A stretch of DNA of 64,000 nucleotides from Pyrinomonadaceae bacterium (GCA_035457565.1 DATIBJ010000063.1:10384-74383), one strand, 5' to 3'; counted from the first letter of the stretch, positions 20,001-28,694 are shown. A program made the numbers and translations. The notes: generated by a model from the letters alone, not told the origin.

Positions 20001-20825
20001 CGATTGAACGCTACTGATCGGGAAACGCTGCAAAATGAGTTGCGCGAAATCGCTGACAAAGTTTTCGACGAGCACCAGCGCGTTGTGCCTCCGCTAAACC
20101 GGCAGATCTGGCAGATCGATCGAGAGATTCGCAAGATACTTCTAGATCAAATACTGCTCTACGAAATGGAAGTGCAGGAAGAAGCGAGCGAGCTGAATGT
20201 GTTGCCAGCGCTTTTTGAAGTTGCGTTTGGAAATACCCGTTCGTCAGCAAAAGATCCGGGGTCGACTCCGCAGCCGCTGGAATTAACACGCGGAACATTC
20301 GTTGGTGACGAATCGATAAAGATCAGCGGCCAGATTGATCGCGTCGATCTCGCGGACGACGACACACTCATCGCTTACGATTACAAACTGAGCACCGGCA
20401 GCACGAAGGAAGACATTCGCTCCGGTCGCAGCTTGCAGATACCAATTTACCTGGAGGCGTTGGAGAAGTTATTGCTGCCGGAGTCGCGTGTAGCCGGTGG
20501 CGGTTACTACATCATTCGCGGCGCAAGAGATCGTCGCAATAAAGGACTTCATCGAAAGAGCGATCGCGAGTATTCGCGGCTCGGCCACGGTGTCGGCGCC
20601 TTATTGAGCGATGAGGAGTGGCAACAGATACGCGATGAAGCAATCGCCCGGTTGTGGGAATTTGTCGACGGTATGCGCGCGGGAACTTTCGCAGTTAATC
20701 CAGCTGAAGGGAAGAAAACTTGTCGCTTCTGTGATTACCGTGCTGTGTGTCGCTATGAGCGTTACCGAATTCAAAGGAAGAAAAAGGAAAGTGTATCCAC
20801 AGACTACACAGATTACACAGATTAA
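17100..20825 (+). CDS. addB: AddB-type helicase-nuclease subunit (degenerate ATPase N-terminus, PD-(D/E)XK nuclease with Cys cluster)
   Basis: 1241 aa. No Walker A seen at the N-terminus. Nuclease motifs IDRVD and AYDYK. Cys pattern NCGYRFF ... CRFCDYRAVC (C...CxxCx5C). Immediately upstream of the addA-like gene. Confidence 0.75.
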   Translation: MASGLNQIWLGPVLGHNRARLIESCSQLVASNRSDEFLYLAASRPLLELVTQQTLDGQKNRGVWGELPVYLFRGFVRRILTTSVDAEGQRLPPRIPIDRDELPLKRCLISQVLAQLQANRQLKALEPLASRDGCINTISTLVGEIQRAGKSPEELTKIVADRKQDLSAESTTGKSQIDYDHEVALIYSTYSALLERNLLTEDDADQLRALNVLRGQAQVPWLKNVKLLILDGFFDFTPVQGEILRNLIPAIPETLVNLDYDERNPEIFLPFQQTIEQLGSIASFETKRTSDQVQTSGVLSRLRANLFNTQVAVTEDSPSSSDSKANQQTDIRYLECGDRDTEIRTIAREIKRLVLSEKYSLADIALVVRQRASYAATIARVMHKESVPCNLEPRVDTKDVPAIRAVLKLLDILEEISSGAAIALRVSPLADLIKSEYFRLGDADLESLSKQFDETYLDLLESGDRSAHSIDDAKRLKLRHRIGLWDADALENAFAYVGSELPVGKWLDRAGQLIRELPHAEATKEILNIDSGAIDRDADIADQLENAETAKLEDKGVARKRRPSKDIHPAALAWTSLVIRRFAELIQAVPQQATPASLRLELMRLLESLQFREQIARPVRQTADDHELPQVMLNFNGLECLRRAFVASIKSIELGAGSARKDVEHVAQLATFIAEVRRALASQTQIFGAADRAGLRVLEATDIRGLKFRAVFVAGLVEGGFPLRASRDWIYPHEERDRLKRYGLILEDISPATLLKEEHYFYQVACRASERLYLTRPLLLDDDAETVASYYIDELRRAIAPSKIIPETIRRDYDGKNITDVSSASELRIALVRQQERHRHQADKAGLLPKARVKKLLTLARNDGLLTDEALRRIEIERERSDRGFGPYDGQITDPDLLRLLRLKFGDEFVHSASGLSVYGNCGYRFFAQRLLRLEPRGEAALDLQAIDAGKLLHDILRRFFEQHRRRRLNATDRETLQNELREIADKVFDEHQRVVPPLNRQIWQIDREIRKILLDQILLYEMEVQEEASELNVLPALFEVAFGNTRSSAKDPGSTPQPLELTRGTFVGDESIKISGQIDRVDLADDDTLIAYDYKLSTGSTKEDIRSGRSLQIPIYLEALEKLLLPESRVAGGGYYIIRGARDRRNKGLHRKSDREYSRLGHGVGALLSDEEWQQIRDEAIARLWEFVDGMRAGTFAVNPAEGKKTCRFCDYRAVCRYERYRIQRKKKESVSTDYTDYTD

Positions 20826-20945
20826 GAACTAGACAACTAAGTTTGAGTGTTTAGGCTCCCCCACTTTCAGCGAACCGGTTCAGAATTAACCACTCAACTT
20901 AGTTGTCTAGTTCTTAATCTGCGTAATCTGTGTAATCTGTGATGG
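20793..20945. repeat. Long hairpin of ACACAGATT 9-mer words plus unique inner sequence
   Basis: Left arm gtatccacagactacacagattacacagattaagaactagacaactaagtttgagtg faces the right arm cactcaacttagttgtctagttcttaatctgcgtaatctgtgtaatctgtgat. The left arm encodes the last AddB residues and its stop. Confidence 0.9.
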
Positions 20946-23900
20946 GTTTGTTTTCGATGCGTAAATTAGAACCAGAACAGGCCGCCGCTGCATACGAGAT
21001 CGATAAACACATCTCTGTGTCCGCAGGGCCGGGTTCCGGCAAAACTACCGTTCTGGTCGAGCGATATCTTCACATTCTCCGCACCCAAAAACTCTCAATC
21101 GATCAAATAGTCGCAATCACCTTCACCAATCGTGCAGCCAACGAAATGCGCGAACGATTGCGTGGGAAACTTGATGAGTTCCTTGCGACATCGATGAGCG
21201 ATGAACGCAAGCAATGGTTGAACTACAAGCGCACTCTTGACGGCGCAATCATCACGACTATCCACGGTTTTTGTGCACGCTTGATACGTGAGTTTCCGGT
21301 GGAGGCGCGTATCGATCCACAGTTTATTTTGCTGGATGAACACCGTGCGGCAATGTTGCTTGAGTCGGTAGTGGAAGAAGTTCTTTCGGAGTTCATCAGT
21401 GCAGGCCATGAGGAGGTTTCGCGGCTCACCCTCGGTATCGGCCGCGGCAGGCTGGCCAATGCACTCGCCCAACTTTATCGCGATGTTCGCGGACAGGGAC
21501 TGTCACTCGAACAGTTGGCAGCAACAACAGCGATCAGCCACGCAAATGAATTGGAGCATGCGCGAGTTTTGCGCGAACTCGATGCCACGATGGCGGCGTT
21601 TCAGAATCTTCGCGTGACCAGTCCCGCCGCCCGAGCTAAGCATGCTGACGTGATTTCAAGATGGCCGAGCTTTCGATCTTTCCTGAACGCAATCCCTGAG
21701 GCAGACACGCTTGCTGATTACTGCAATGAGGTCGAGACGTTTCGCGAACCCCGACCAACTGCCTCAGGAAAACTTACCGAGCTCGTACGACTGCTCGACG
21801 ATCTCATCTGGGGAAAGGAATTGACAGGCAGAGTTCCTCAGATCTGTTTCGATCTGTTTGCCAGTCGTTACGCGCTGGAAATGGTCAGCCTTCTTACTCA
21901 GATTCACAAACGCCTCAACGAAGAGAAACAGAAACTCGCTGCACTCGACTTCGATGATTTGGAGTCGCGCACTCTTGAACTCCTCGAGATTCCTGAGGTA
22001 CTCACGCGAGCCGCTGAACGCTACAAGTTTTTCCTCGTCGACGAATTTCAAGACACGAACGGCATGCAACGTAAGTTGCTCCAACGGCTTGTTCTCTCAA
22101 GAGGGAAAACGAAGGCGAACCTGTTTATCGTCGGCGACCGCAAGCAATCTATTTACGGATTTCGTGGAGCTGACGTCGACGTCTTTCGCGAGATGACTGA
22201 CGAGCTGGAGAAGGCCGGCGGAGAACGAAAATCGTTACAGTTGAACTTCCGCAGCTATCCGCCGCTGATCAACTTCTTCAATTATCTATTCGCGCGTCTG
22301 TTCCAGGTTCCGGAGGATGTTCCGAGCGAACTTCTTCAGTCACTAGGCGAACTGGGCTACGTGGATCACGAAAGCAGTCAGCCAAAGCGAGAGGCCGCCA
22401 ACGCCACCAACGCTGGCCCACTTGTTGAACTTGCTGTGGCGACAAGGAAGTTGGGAGAGAAGGACCAACGCGAAACTGAATCCCGAGAGCGCGACGCGCA
22501 ACAACTCGCCAACCGCATCAAGTCGCTTATCGAAACAACCGACGGTTTGCAATACAGTGACATCGCCCTGCTTTTTCGTGCGATGACTTTCGTTTCGGTT
22601 TATGAATCGACTTTCCGGCGCGCGAACATTCCTTACCAAACAATTCTCGGTCGCGGTTTCTACGAACGTGAAGAGATAACTGATCTGGTCCAGCTTCTTC
22701 GATTTCTCGACAACAAGACTGACGAGCTCGCGCTTGCAGCAGTGTTGCGCTCCCCGCTTTGCGGCATCTCTGATAACGCGCTCCTGGCACTGCGATGTGC
22801 GCCACGCATCAGTGAGGCGGATGTTGACGACCCTTCGCGCATACTTGCTGCTAACCGACCAATGTTTCTCGCATTGAAGCGACACCATGAGATTGCCTTC
22901 ATCAGTGACGATGAACACCAACTCCTGGATCGCGCAGCTACTTTGATAGGTCGGCTAATTGCGCGTCGTCATCATTACTCGATCGAGGATCTGTTGCGCT
23001 TTGCTGTTGATGAGTCTCAATACACCGCTGTGATCGCAGCTAACTTCGATGGCGCCCAGCGGCTAGCAAACGTGCAGCGTCTCTTCACCCTCGCCGCACG
23101 CTTCGAACGCTCGGGTCATCACCTGATTCGTGACTTCGTTCGTTACGTCGAGGAGTTTGAAGCGATCGGCAGCCGCGAAAGCGAGGGACAGATCGACGAA
23201 GCTGCGAACGCTGTTCGTTTGATGACAATTCACCAGGCGAAAGGGCTCGAGTTTCCGGTCGTGATCATTCCCGAGTTGCACCGTCTGTCGCGCCTCAATA
23301 ACGAGAACGCCTGGGTAATTCTCGATCGCCATCGAGGTCTGACGCTAAAAGTGCCCGACGGGCGGGGCAGACAAGTCGCGGGCTGCACGTTCAGCAAGTT
23401 CGAGGAGCGACATGCGTTGCGCGAGCAATTTGAGAGCATGCGGCTGCTGTACGTCGCAGCAACTCGCGCGAAAGATCGTTTGATCCTGTCTGGAGCAACA
23501 GAGGAACTAGCCAATCTGGGCAGCGGGAAGAGTGAGTCGTGGCTGAAGTGGATCTGGCAAGCACTTGAGTTGCAAGACAGAACGCGCACCGACATCGTCA
23601 ATCTTTCGGACGAGGTGAGCTTTCAGTTAACCATCTCAAGCGCCGAGCAAGTCGTTCCCCAGACTTCAACTGAACCGGTCGCTGACGATCAAAAACTCGC
23701 GAACGCCGATTCACTCAACGAAGCGTTTCCATTGCTTCGCCCGCTTCCGCAGGATACGGACCACGCAGTTCACCGGTTTAGTGTCACGCAACTGATCAAT
23801 TTTCAACGTTGTCCGCGTCAGTACTACTTCGATCGCGTCTTGCGATTGCCGTCTGCCGACGAGCAATCTGTTTGGAACAACGCTGAAGCTCCCGAGCCAC

Positions 23901-24841
23901 CAGCAAATCTCACCGCAACGTTGAAGGGCGCCGTCATACATAGGTTCTGTGAGCGGTACAGTTCTAATGAAGAGGTCGAAGAATGTCTGCGGAATAGCTT
24001 CAACGAAGTCGTGCGCTTAAGACAGGCCGAGTTCGCCGACAGGCTGGTAGAGATCAATCCCGAAGCAGCTGTAAAAGACTTGCTGCCACTAGCGCAGAAC
24101 TATCTCGCCAGCGACGTGTTCCGGCGAGTCGAAGCCGCGCGAGACACCACGACAGATGTCATGTTGTCTAAGCCAATTGATAGCACGGGACTTTGGAGTG
24201 AATTGAGTTTTCGTTTACGTCGTCCGGCGGGGGTTTTGAGCGGTGCGATTGACAAGCTTCTAATCACACAGGGTGATGATGGTGTGTGGGATGTGGAGAT
24301 TATTGATTTCAAAACCAACCGGATCGCAATTGCTAAGCAAAGTGTGCTCCGCCCTACAGAATCATTGGCGAATCAGCAGCTGGTCGAGAACTCAAGCTTA
24401 GGTGATCGGAGACGAACGTCATCCGATCGTTCTACGCCAGCAACAGCTGCACAGTTCGCATTCGACTTTGAGAGTGCACCGGTCGACCAGGCAGTTGTTG
24501 CGGCGGCGGAAGACGCTACTTTGACGGCGCTTGTCAAAGCGGCACACGATTATCAACTACAGATGCAATCTTACGCGTTAGCTGTTCGTGAGTTGTTGCC
24601 TTCTCTCGCGAATGCACGAGTTCACGTGACGTTGCATTTCCTTGAACCGAATGTCGAGTTTCAGCTCGGCGAGGAGTTGCTGGATCCCGAGGCTTGCGAA
24701 CGTGTTATCGACGAAGCAATGGTTGACATCATGTCGTCAACGGCGCCGACTGACTTTCCTGTCATACCGGCGCCCCACTGTCGAATGTGTAACTTTCTAC
24801 GCGTCTGTACTGCAGGTCGCGACTGGCTCCGAAAAAGCTAA
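20939..24841 (+). CDS. addA: AddA-type UvrD/Rep helicase-nuclease subunit
   Basis: 1300 aa. Walker A GPGSGKTT, TFTNRAANEM, DEFQDTN, C-terminal nuclease GAIDKL...IIDFKT plus CPRQYYF...CRMCNFLRVC. The true start may be ATG 20942 or 20957. Confidence 0.85.
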   Translation: MMGLFSMRKLEPEQAAAAYEIDKHISVSAGPGSGKTTVLVERYLHILRTQKLSIDQIVAITFTNRAANEMRERLRGKLDEFLATSMSDERKQWLNYKRTLDGAIITTIHGFCARLIREFPVEARIDPQFILLDEHRAAMLLESVVEEVLSEFISAGHEEVSRLTLGIGRGRLANALAQLYRDVRGQGLSLEQLAATTAISHANELEHARVLRELDATMAAFQNLRVTSPAARAKHADVISRWPSFRSFLNAIPEADTLADYCNEVETFREPRPTASGKLTELVRLLDDLIWGKELTGRVPQICFDLFASRYALEMVSLLTQIHKRLNEEKQKLAALDFDDLESRTLELLEIPEVLTRAAERYKFFLVDEFQDTNGMQRKLLQRLVLSRGKTKANLFIVGDRKQSIYGFRGADVDVFREMTDELEKAGGERKSLQLNFRSYPPLINFFNYLFARLFQVPEDVPSELLQSLGELGYVDHESSQPKREAANATNAGPLVELAVATRKLGEKDQRETESRERDAQQLANRIKSLIETTDGLQYSDIALLFRAMTFVSVYESTFRRANIPYQTILGRGFYEREEITDLVQLLRFLDNKTDELALAAVLRSPLCGISDNALLALRCAPRISEADVDDPSRILAANRPMFLALKRHHEIAFISDDEHQLLDRAATLIGRLIARRHHYSIEDLLRFAVDESQYTAVIAANFDGAQRLANVQRLFTLAARFERSGHHLIRDFVRYVEEFEAIGSRESEGQIDEAANAVRLMTIHQAKGLEFPVVIIPELHRLSRLNNENAWVILDRHRGLTLKVPDGRGRQVAGCTFSKFEERHALREQFESMRLLYVAATRAKDRLILSGATEELANLGSGKSESWLKWIWQALELQDRTRTDIVNLSDEVSFQLTISSAEQVVPQTSTEPVADDQKLANADSLNEAFPLLRPLPQDTDHAVHRFSVTQLINFQRCPRQYYFDRVLRLPSADEQSVWNNAEAPEPPANLTATLKGAVIHRFCERYSSNEEVEECLRNSFNEVVRLRQAEFADRLVEINPEAAVKDLLPLAQNYLASDVFRRVEAARDTTTDVMLSKPIDSTGLWSELSFRLRRPAGVLSGAIDKLLITQGDDGVWDVEIIDFKTNRIAIAKQSVLRPTESLANQQLVENSSLGDRRRTSSDRSTPATAAQFAFDFESAPVDQAVVAAAEDATLTALVKAAHDYQLQMQSYALAVRELLPSLANARVHVTLHFLEPNVEFQLGEELLDPEACERVIDEAMVDIMSSTAPTDFPVIPAPHCRMCNFLRVCTAGRDWLRKS

Positions 24842-24890
24842 GAACAATCATTGGTCATTTATGATTTGACAATTCTCAGTTGTCATTTAG

Positions 24891-25032
24891 ATACCACCGA
24901 CTTAATGTCGGTGGATTATCAGTTTCAACCTAACCCTTGACGCCCAGAATCCTGACGCGCGAAGCGCGCCGGAGGTAAGGGACTGTGTTCTAGGTTGAAG
25001 TTGAAGCACCACCGACATGAAGTCGGTGGTAT
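24891..25032. repeat. About 140-bp imperfect palindrome whose two ends are CCACCGAC-N5-GTCGGTGG hairpins
   Basis: ataccaccgacttaatgtcggtggat at 24891-24916 and caccaccgacatgaagtcggtggtat at 25008-25032. Inner caacctaaccctt/aaggg..taggttg pairing and a central gcgcgcgaagcgcgc hairpin. Confidence 0.85.
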
Positions 25033-25077
25033 CTAAGTCTTTACCAAACTCAATGCTTCCAATTAACATCCCGAGCC

Positions 25078-26292
25078 ATGGTTACTATCCCATCATTTGA
25101 CAACAAAGAATTCGAAGGCTATCTGGCCCAACCGGCAAGCGGCTATGGGCCAGGCATCGTCGTGCTGCAAGAGATATTCGGCGTCAACAAGCACATGCGC
25201 TCGGTCACGGATTGGTATGCGGCACACGGATTCGTCGCGCTTTGTCCAGATTTGTTCTGGCGCATGGAACGCGGTGTTGAGTTATCCGACAAAAGCGACC
25301 ATGAAAAGGCGATCGAGTTCTACCTTCGTCTTGACGAAGCAAAGGCGGTTGAGGATTCGGCAGCAGCCGTAGAATTTCTTCGGCAGTACAGCGGTTGTAG
25401 CGGTCGTGTTGGAGCGGTCGGTTTTTGTTTGGGCGGCAATCTCGCCTACCTGCTGTCGGTTAGGTTCAAGCCTGATTGCGCCGTTGGATATTACGGAGTC
25501 AGCATCGAGAAAGCGCTGAACGAAGCAGCTAATCTGAGTTCGCCGTTGATGCTGCACATCGCAGGTATGGATCAGTACTGTCCTCCAGAAGCGCAACAAG
25601 CGATTATCCAAAGGCTCGGCAACAATCCGCTCGTAACGATTCATCACTATTCAGAACGCGATCACGCATTCGCGAGGAACGGCGGTGAGCATTACCATCA
25701 AGCCGACGCGGAACTGGCAAACCTCCGCAGTTTGGAATTCCTCGTCACGCATCTCGCAGGCTCCGGTTTGGCAACAGCACAACAAACGCTGTCGAGCAAG
25801 TGGGACGATCATGTCAAGTACGAGTTTGCGACGCGCGACACAGAAGACACTTTGAAGACGATGGTTGCCGACGCCTACGTAAATCATGTTCCGGTTATGA
25901 CCGGAGGGGTTGGCCACGACGAGCTGCGCGAGTTCTATTCAAAGCGTTTCATTCCGCAGATGCCGCCGGACACAAGCATGACGCCAGTATCACGCACGAT
26001 CGGAGTCGACCGTGTCGTCGACGAAATGGTTTTTGAGTTCACCCACACGATCAAGATGGACTGGATGTTGCCGGGGATTGAGCCGACAGGCAAACACGTG
26101 AAGGTGGCACTCGTGGTGATTGTCCACTTTCGTGATGGCAAGTTGGCCCATGAACATATTTACTGGGACCAGGCATCTGTGTTGGCCCAACTGGGATTGA
26201 TTGATTCAATGGCACTGCCGGTTGCGGGTGTTGAAAGCGCGGAGAAAGTTCTTGATCCTAAGCTTCCGTCGAATACGTTGATGTCAAAGTGA
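25078..26292 (+). CDS. Dienelactone hydrolase domain fused to an NTF2/SnoaL-like domain
   Basis: 404 aa. DLH part GIVVLQEIFGVN, nucleophile context GFCLGG, ERDHAF. C-terminal about 170 aa is SnoaL-like (HFRDGKLAHEHIYWDQASVLAQLGL). Confidence 0.8.
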   Translation: MVTIPSFDNKEFEGYLAQPASGYGPGIVVLQEIFGVNKHMRSVTDWYAAHGFVALCPDLFWRMERGVELSDKSDHEKAIEFYLRLDEAKAVEDSAAAVEFLRQYSGCSGRVGAVGFCLGGNLAYLLSVRFKPDCAVGYYGVSIEKALNEAANLSSPLMLHIAGMDQYCPPEAQQAIIQRLGNNPLVTIHHYSERDHAFARNGGEHYHQADAELANLRSLEFLVTHLAGSGLATAQQTLSSKWDDHVKYEFATRDTEDTLKTMVADAYVNHVPVMTGGVGHDELREFYSKRFIPQMPPDTSMTPVSRTIGVDRVVDEMVFEFTHTIKMDWMLPGIEPTGKHVKVALVVIVHFRDGKLAHEHIYWDQASVLAQLGLIDSMALPVAGVESAEKVLDPKLPSNTLMSK

Positions 26293-26323
26293 AGCGGAGC
26301 GACCGATTTCAACTGACGAAACC

Positions 26324-26418
26324 CTCAACTCAGAACGGGAGCGCAGCGACCGATTTCAAGTTGCGTTGAGTGCGCTGTCAGTTGAAATCGGTCCGCTGCG
26401 CTCCCGTTCTTAGTTGAG
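26324..26418. repeat. Palindromic element, AGAACGGGAGCGCAGCGACCGATTTCAA family
   Basis: Arms at 26324-26359 and 26382-26418. An extra partial arm gcgaccgatttcaactgac lies at 26299-26317. Confidence 0.85.
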
Positions 26419-26449
26419 TTTATCTTCCAGGTGGTAGGTAACAACGCCC

Positions 26450-27862
26450 ATGGAAAATGATCCCCAAACCGCTGAGCCTGTCAGTCGTCTTCGTCGCGAT
26501 CTAGGTACGCTCGAGTCATATGCCGCACTTATCGGCATCCTGATTGGCGCGGGAATCTTTCGAGTCACAAGTGATGCGTGGGCATTAACTGGACCAAGCG
26601 TCATCTTCGGTTATGCACTGCTTACTCCAGTCATCCTTTCGACGTCGATTCCCTACGCTGCATATCTTTCAACTCCACTAGGTCGAGAACCTGGTGGTGA
26701 GTACCTGCACATCTCGCGAACGCTTGGCGGGTACCGGCTTGCATACATCGGATCGTGGCTGAAGATTATTTCTTACATCGGCGCTGCTGCTTATCTCTCT
26801 AACGCGTGGGCCGGCTACGTTCTCGCTTTTGCCGGAGGACGGCTGAGCACATCGTTACAACTTCCGCTGGCTCTAACGAGCTTGGTCCTGTTCTACGTGA
26901 TTCACGTCCTCGGTGTGCGTTGGTTCGGACGAATGCAGGTGATTATGAGCACGCTGAAATGTCTCGCCTTGTTCGTCCTCATAATCCCCGGTCTGTTCTT
27001 CATTAGATCGGAAAACTACACGCCGTTCGTCACGCATGGTTTTAGTGGATTCGCGTCGAGCCTGTTGCCGCTCTTCTTCGCGTACGCAGGATTTGAATCG
27101 TTGGCGCAAACGGCCGGTGAAGTAAAAGACAGCACGCGACGTCTGCCGCGAATACTATTGAATGGCATCATCGTGACGGCTTTAATCTACGTCTTAACTT
27201 CGATTGTGTCTTTTGGTGTGCTGCCCGGCTCACGATTGCAAGGGACCGACGCGCCGATGGCGGAAGTTGCGTCAGTGTACCTCCCATCCGGCGCGGCACT
27301 GTTTGTAACCTTCGGCGCGATCATGGCGATTATGACGGCGCTCAATGGAACGATGCTGGTACCTTCGCGGTTGGCGTTGATGTTTGCCGCAGACCGGCTC
27401 GCTCCGCAGTCGTTAGGTTATGTCAACGCAAAGACCGGCACGCCGATAATCGGCTTAACCCTGACATTGGTCGCCTGCGTGGTTCTGCTGGTCAGCGGCC
27501 AGCTATCCTTGGCGCTGAACATAGCGGTGTTTGCGCTGCTCGTGCTTTACTTTCTTCACAGCTTGATCTTTCTTTTTTTACCCCGACTGAATCCGGATTT
27601 GAACGCCGAGATCAAACTAACGCTGTCGAAACCTTTGCAGCAGATTGCGGCGATCGTTTCCGTCGTTTCGATTGGAGCGATGATTGTCATTCAGTTGTTG
27701 CGCGACTTTGAGAGCCTGCGGGTTACGTCCGTTCGTGAAAGACTGACCGAGCATTCGCTGACGAGTACTGAACTGATCGTGGTTTGGTCAATAGTTGGGG
27801 CGATCCTGTATATGCTGGCGCGAGCTCGGCGTCAGGACGAGGTCAGTAGGACCTCGCGGTAG
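26450..27862 (+). CDS. APC-family amino acid permease
   Basis: 470 aa with about 12 hydrophobic segments. N-terminal LGTLESYAALIGILIGAGIF is typical of APC transporters. Confidence 0.85.
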   Translation: MENDPQTAEPVSRLRRDLGTLESYAALIGILIGAGIFRVTSDAWALTGPSVIFGYALLTPVILSTSIPYAAYLSTPLGREPGGEYLHISRTLGGYRLAYIGSWLKIISYIGAAAYLSNAWAGYVLAFAGGRLSTSLQLPLALTSLVLFYVIHVLGVRWFGRMQVIMSTLKCLALFVLIIPGLFFIRSENYTPFVTHGFSGFASSLLPLFFAYAGFESLAQTAGEVKDSTRRLPRILLNGIIVTALIYVLTSIVSFGVLPGSRLQGTDAPMAEVASVYLPSGAALFVTFGAIMAIMTALNGTMLVPSRLALMFAADRLAPQSLGYVNAKTGTPIIGLTLTLVACVVLLVSGQLSLALNIAVFALLVLYFLHSLIFLFLPRLNPDLNAEIKLTLSKPLQQIAAIVSVVSIGAMIVIQLLRDFESLRVTSVRERLTEHSLTSTELIVVWSIVGAILYMLARARRQDEVSRTSR

Positions 27863-27872
27863 CGGGTGGGTG
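27850..27872 (+). repeat. Solitary REP-like hairpin overlapping the permease stop codon
   Basis: gacctcgcggtagcgggtgggtg shares the core CTCGCGGTAGCGG.TGG with the 83-bp units at 11426-12510. The TAG stop lies in the hairpin loop. Confidence 0.6.
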
Positions 27873-27956
27873 CGAAGCGAACATTCCGTGTTATGTGGTC
27901 GTCAACTCAGTGGCAAACACTGAGTTGAGTTAAGAAGCTTGCGGGGAGCCTTCCTA

Positions 27957-28694
27957 ATGGAGATTATCGGAAAGCGTGTGCTTATTACCGGAGCCAGTCG
28001 AGGACTCGGTCGCACCCTCGCATTTGCTCTCGGCGAAGCGGGCGCGCGTGAAGTGGTCGCAGGTTTCCGCAAACAGGAGGACGGGGAGAAACTAAGAGCT
28101 GACGCCGCTGAGGTCGGCGCCGACATCACGCCCGTGCGATTAGACGTCACCAGCGATGCAGACGTTAATGCCGTCGCGCAGCTGGGCGCCTTCGACATTC
28201 TTATAAACAATGCGGGCGTTGCGGGGTTTGGTAATCCAGTTACCATGAGTTTCGAAAGTTTTCGTGAAGAGCTCGAAGTAAATTATGTCGGAACTTTGCG
28301 AATGGTTCGCGCGATCGCGCCCGCGATGATCGAACAGCGTGAAGGGATGATCGTGAACATTGCAACTGCGTTCGCAAAAGTAAACCTGCCTCTTGTTGGT
28401 ACTTACTGCGCGACGAAAGCAGCGCTTCTTTCGCTGGGCCAGGCATTACGCGCTTACCTGTCAGAGTCAGCGGTGCGAGTTATCACTGTGATGCCCACAA
28501 CATTCGACAGTGACATGAGCCGTAACGCAAACGTGCCGAAGATGGGTAAGGAGTTTGTTGCTTCTGAGATCCTGGAAGCAATTCGTCATGAGAAACACGA
28601 TCCGCCGATTGGCGATGAAGCGCACCAGGTGCTTGAATCATTAGCGAAAGATCCTGTCGGACTGGAGAAGATGTTGTCCGGATACAAGGCCTGA
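27957..28694 (+). CDS. Short-chain dehydrogenase/reductase (SDR)
   Basis: Start taken at ATG 27957 (MEIIGKRVLITGASRGLG). NNAG motif and catalytic YCATKAA. Confidence 0.9.
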   Translation: MEIIGKRVLITGASRGLGRTLAFALGEAGAREVVAGFRKQEDGEKLRADAAEVGADITPVRLDVTSDADVNAVAQLGAFDILINNAGVAGFGNPVTMSFESFREELEVNYVGTLRMVRAIAPAMIEQREGMIVNIATAFAKVNLPLVGTYCATKAALLSLGQALRAYLSESAVRVITVMPTTFDSDMSRNANVPKMGKEFVASEILEAIRHEKHDPPIGDEAHQVLESLAKDPVGLEKMLSGYKA

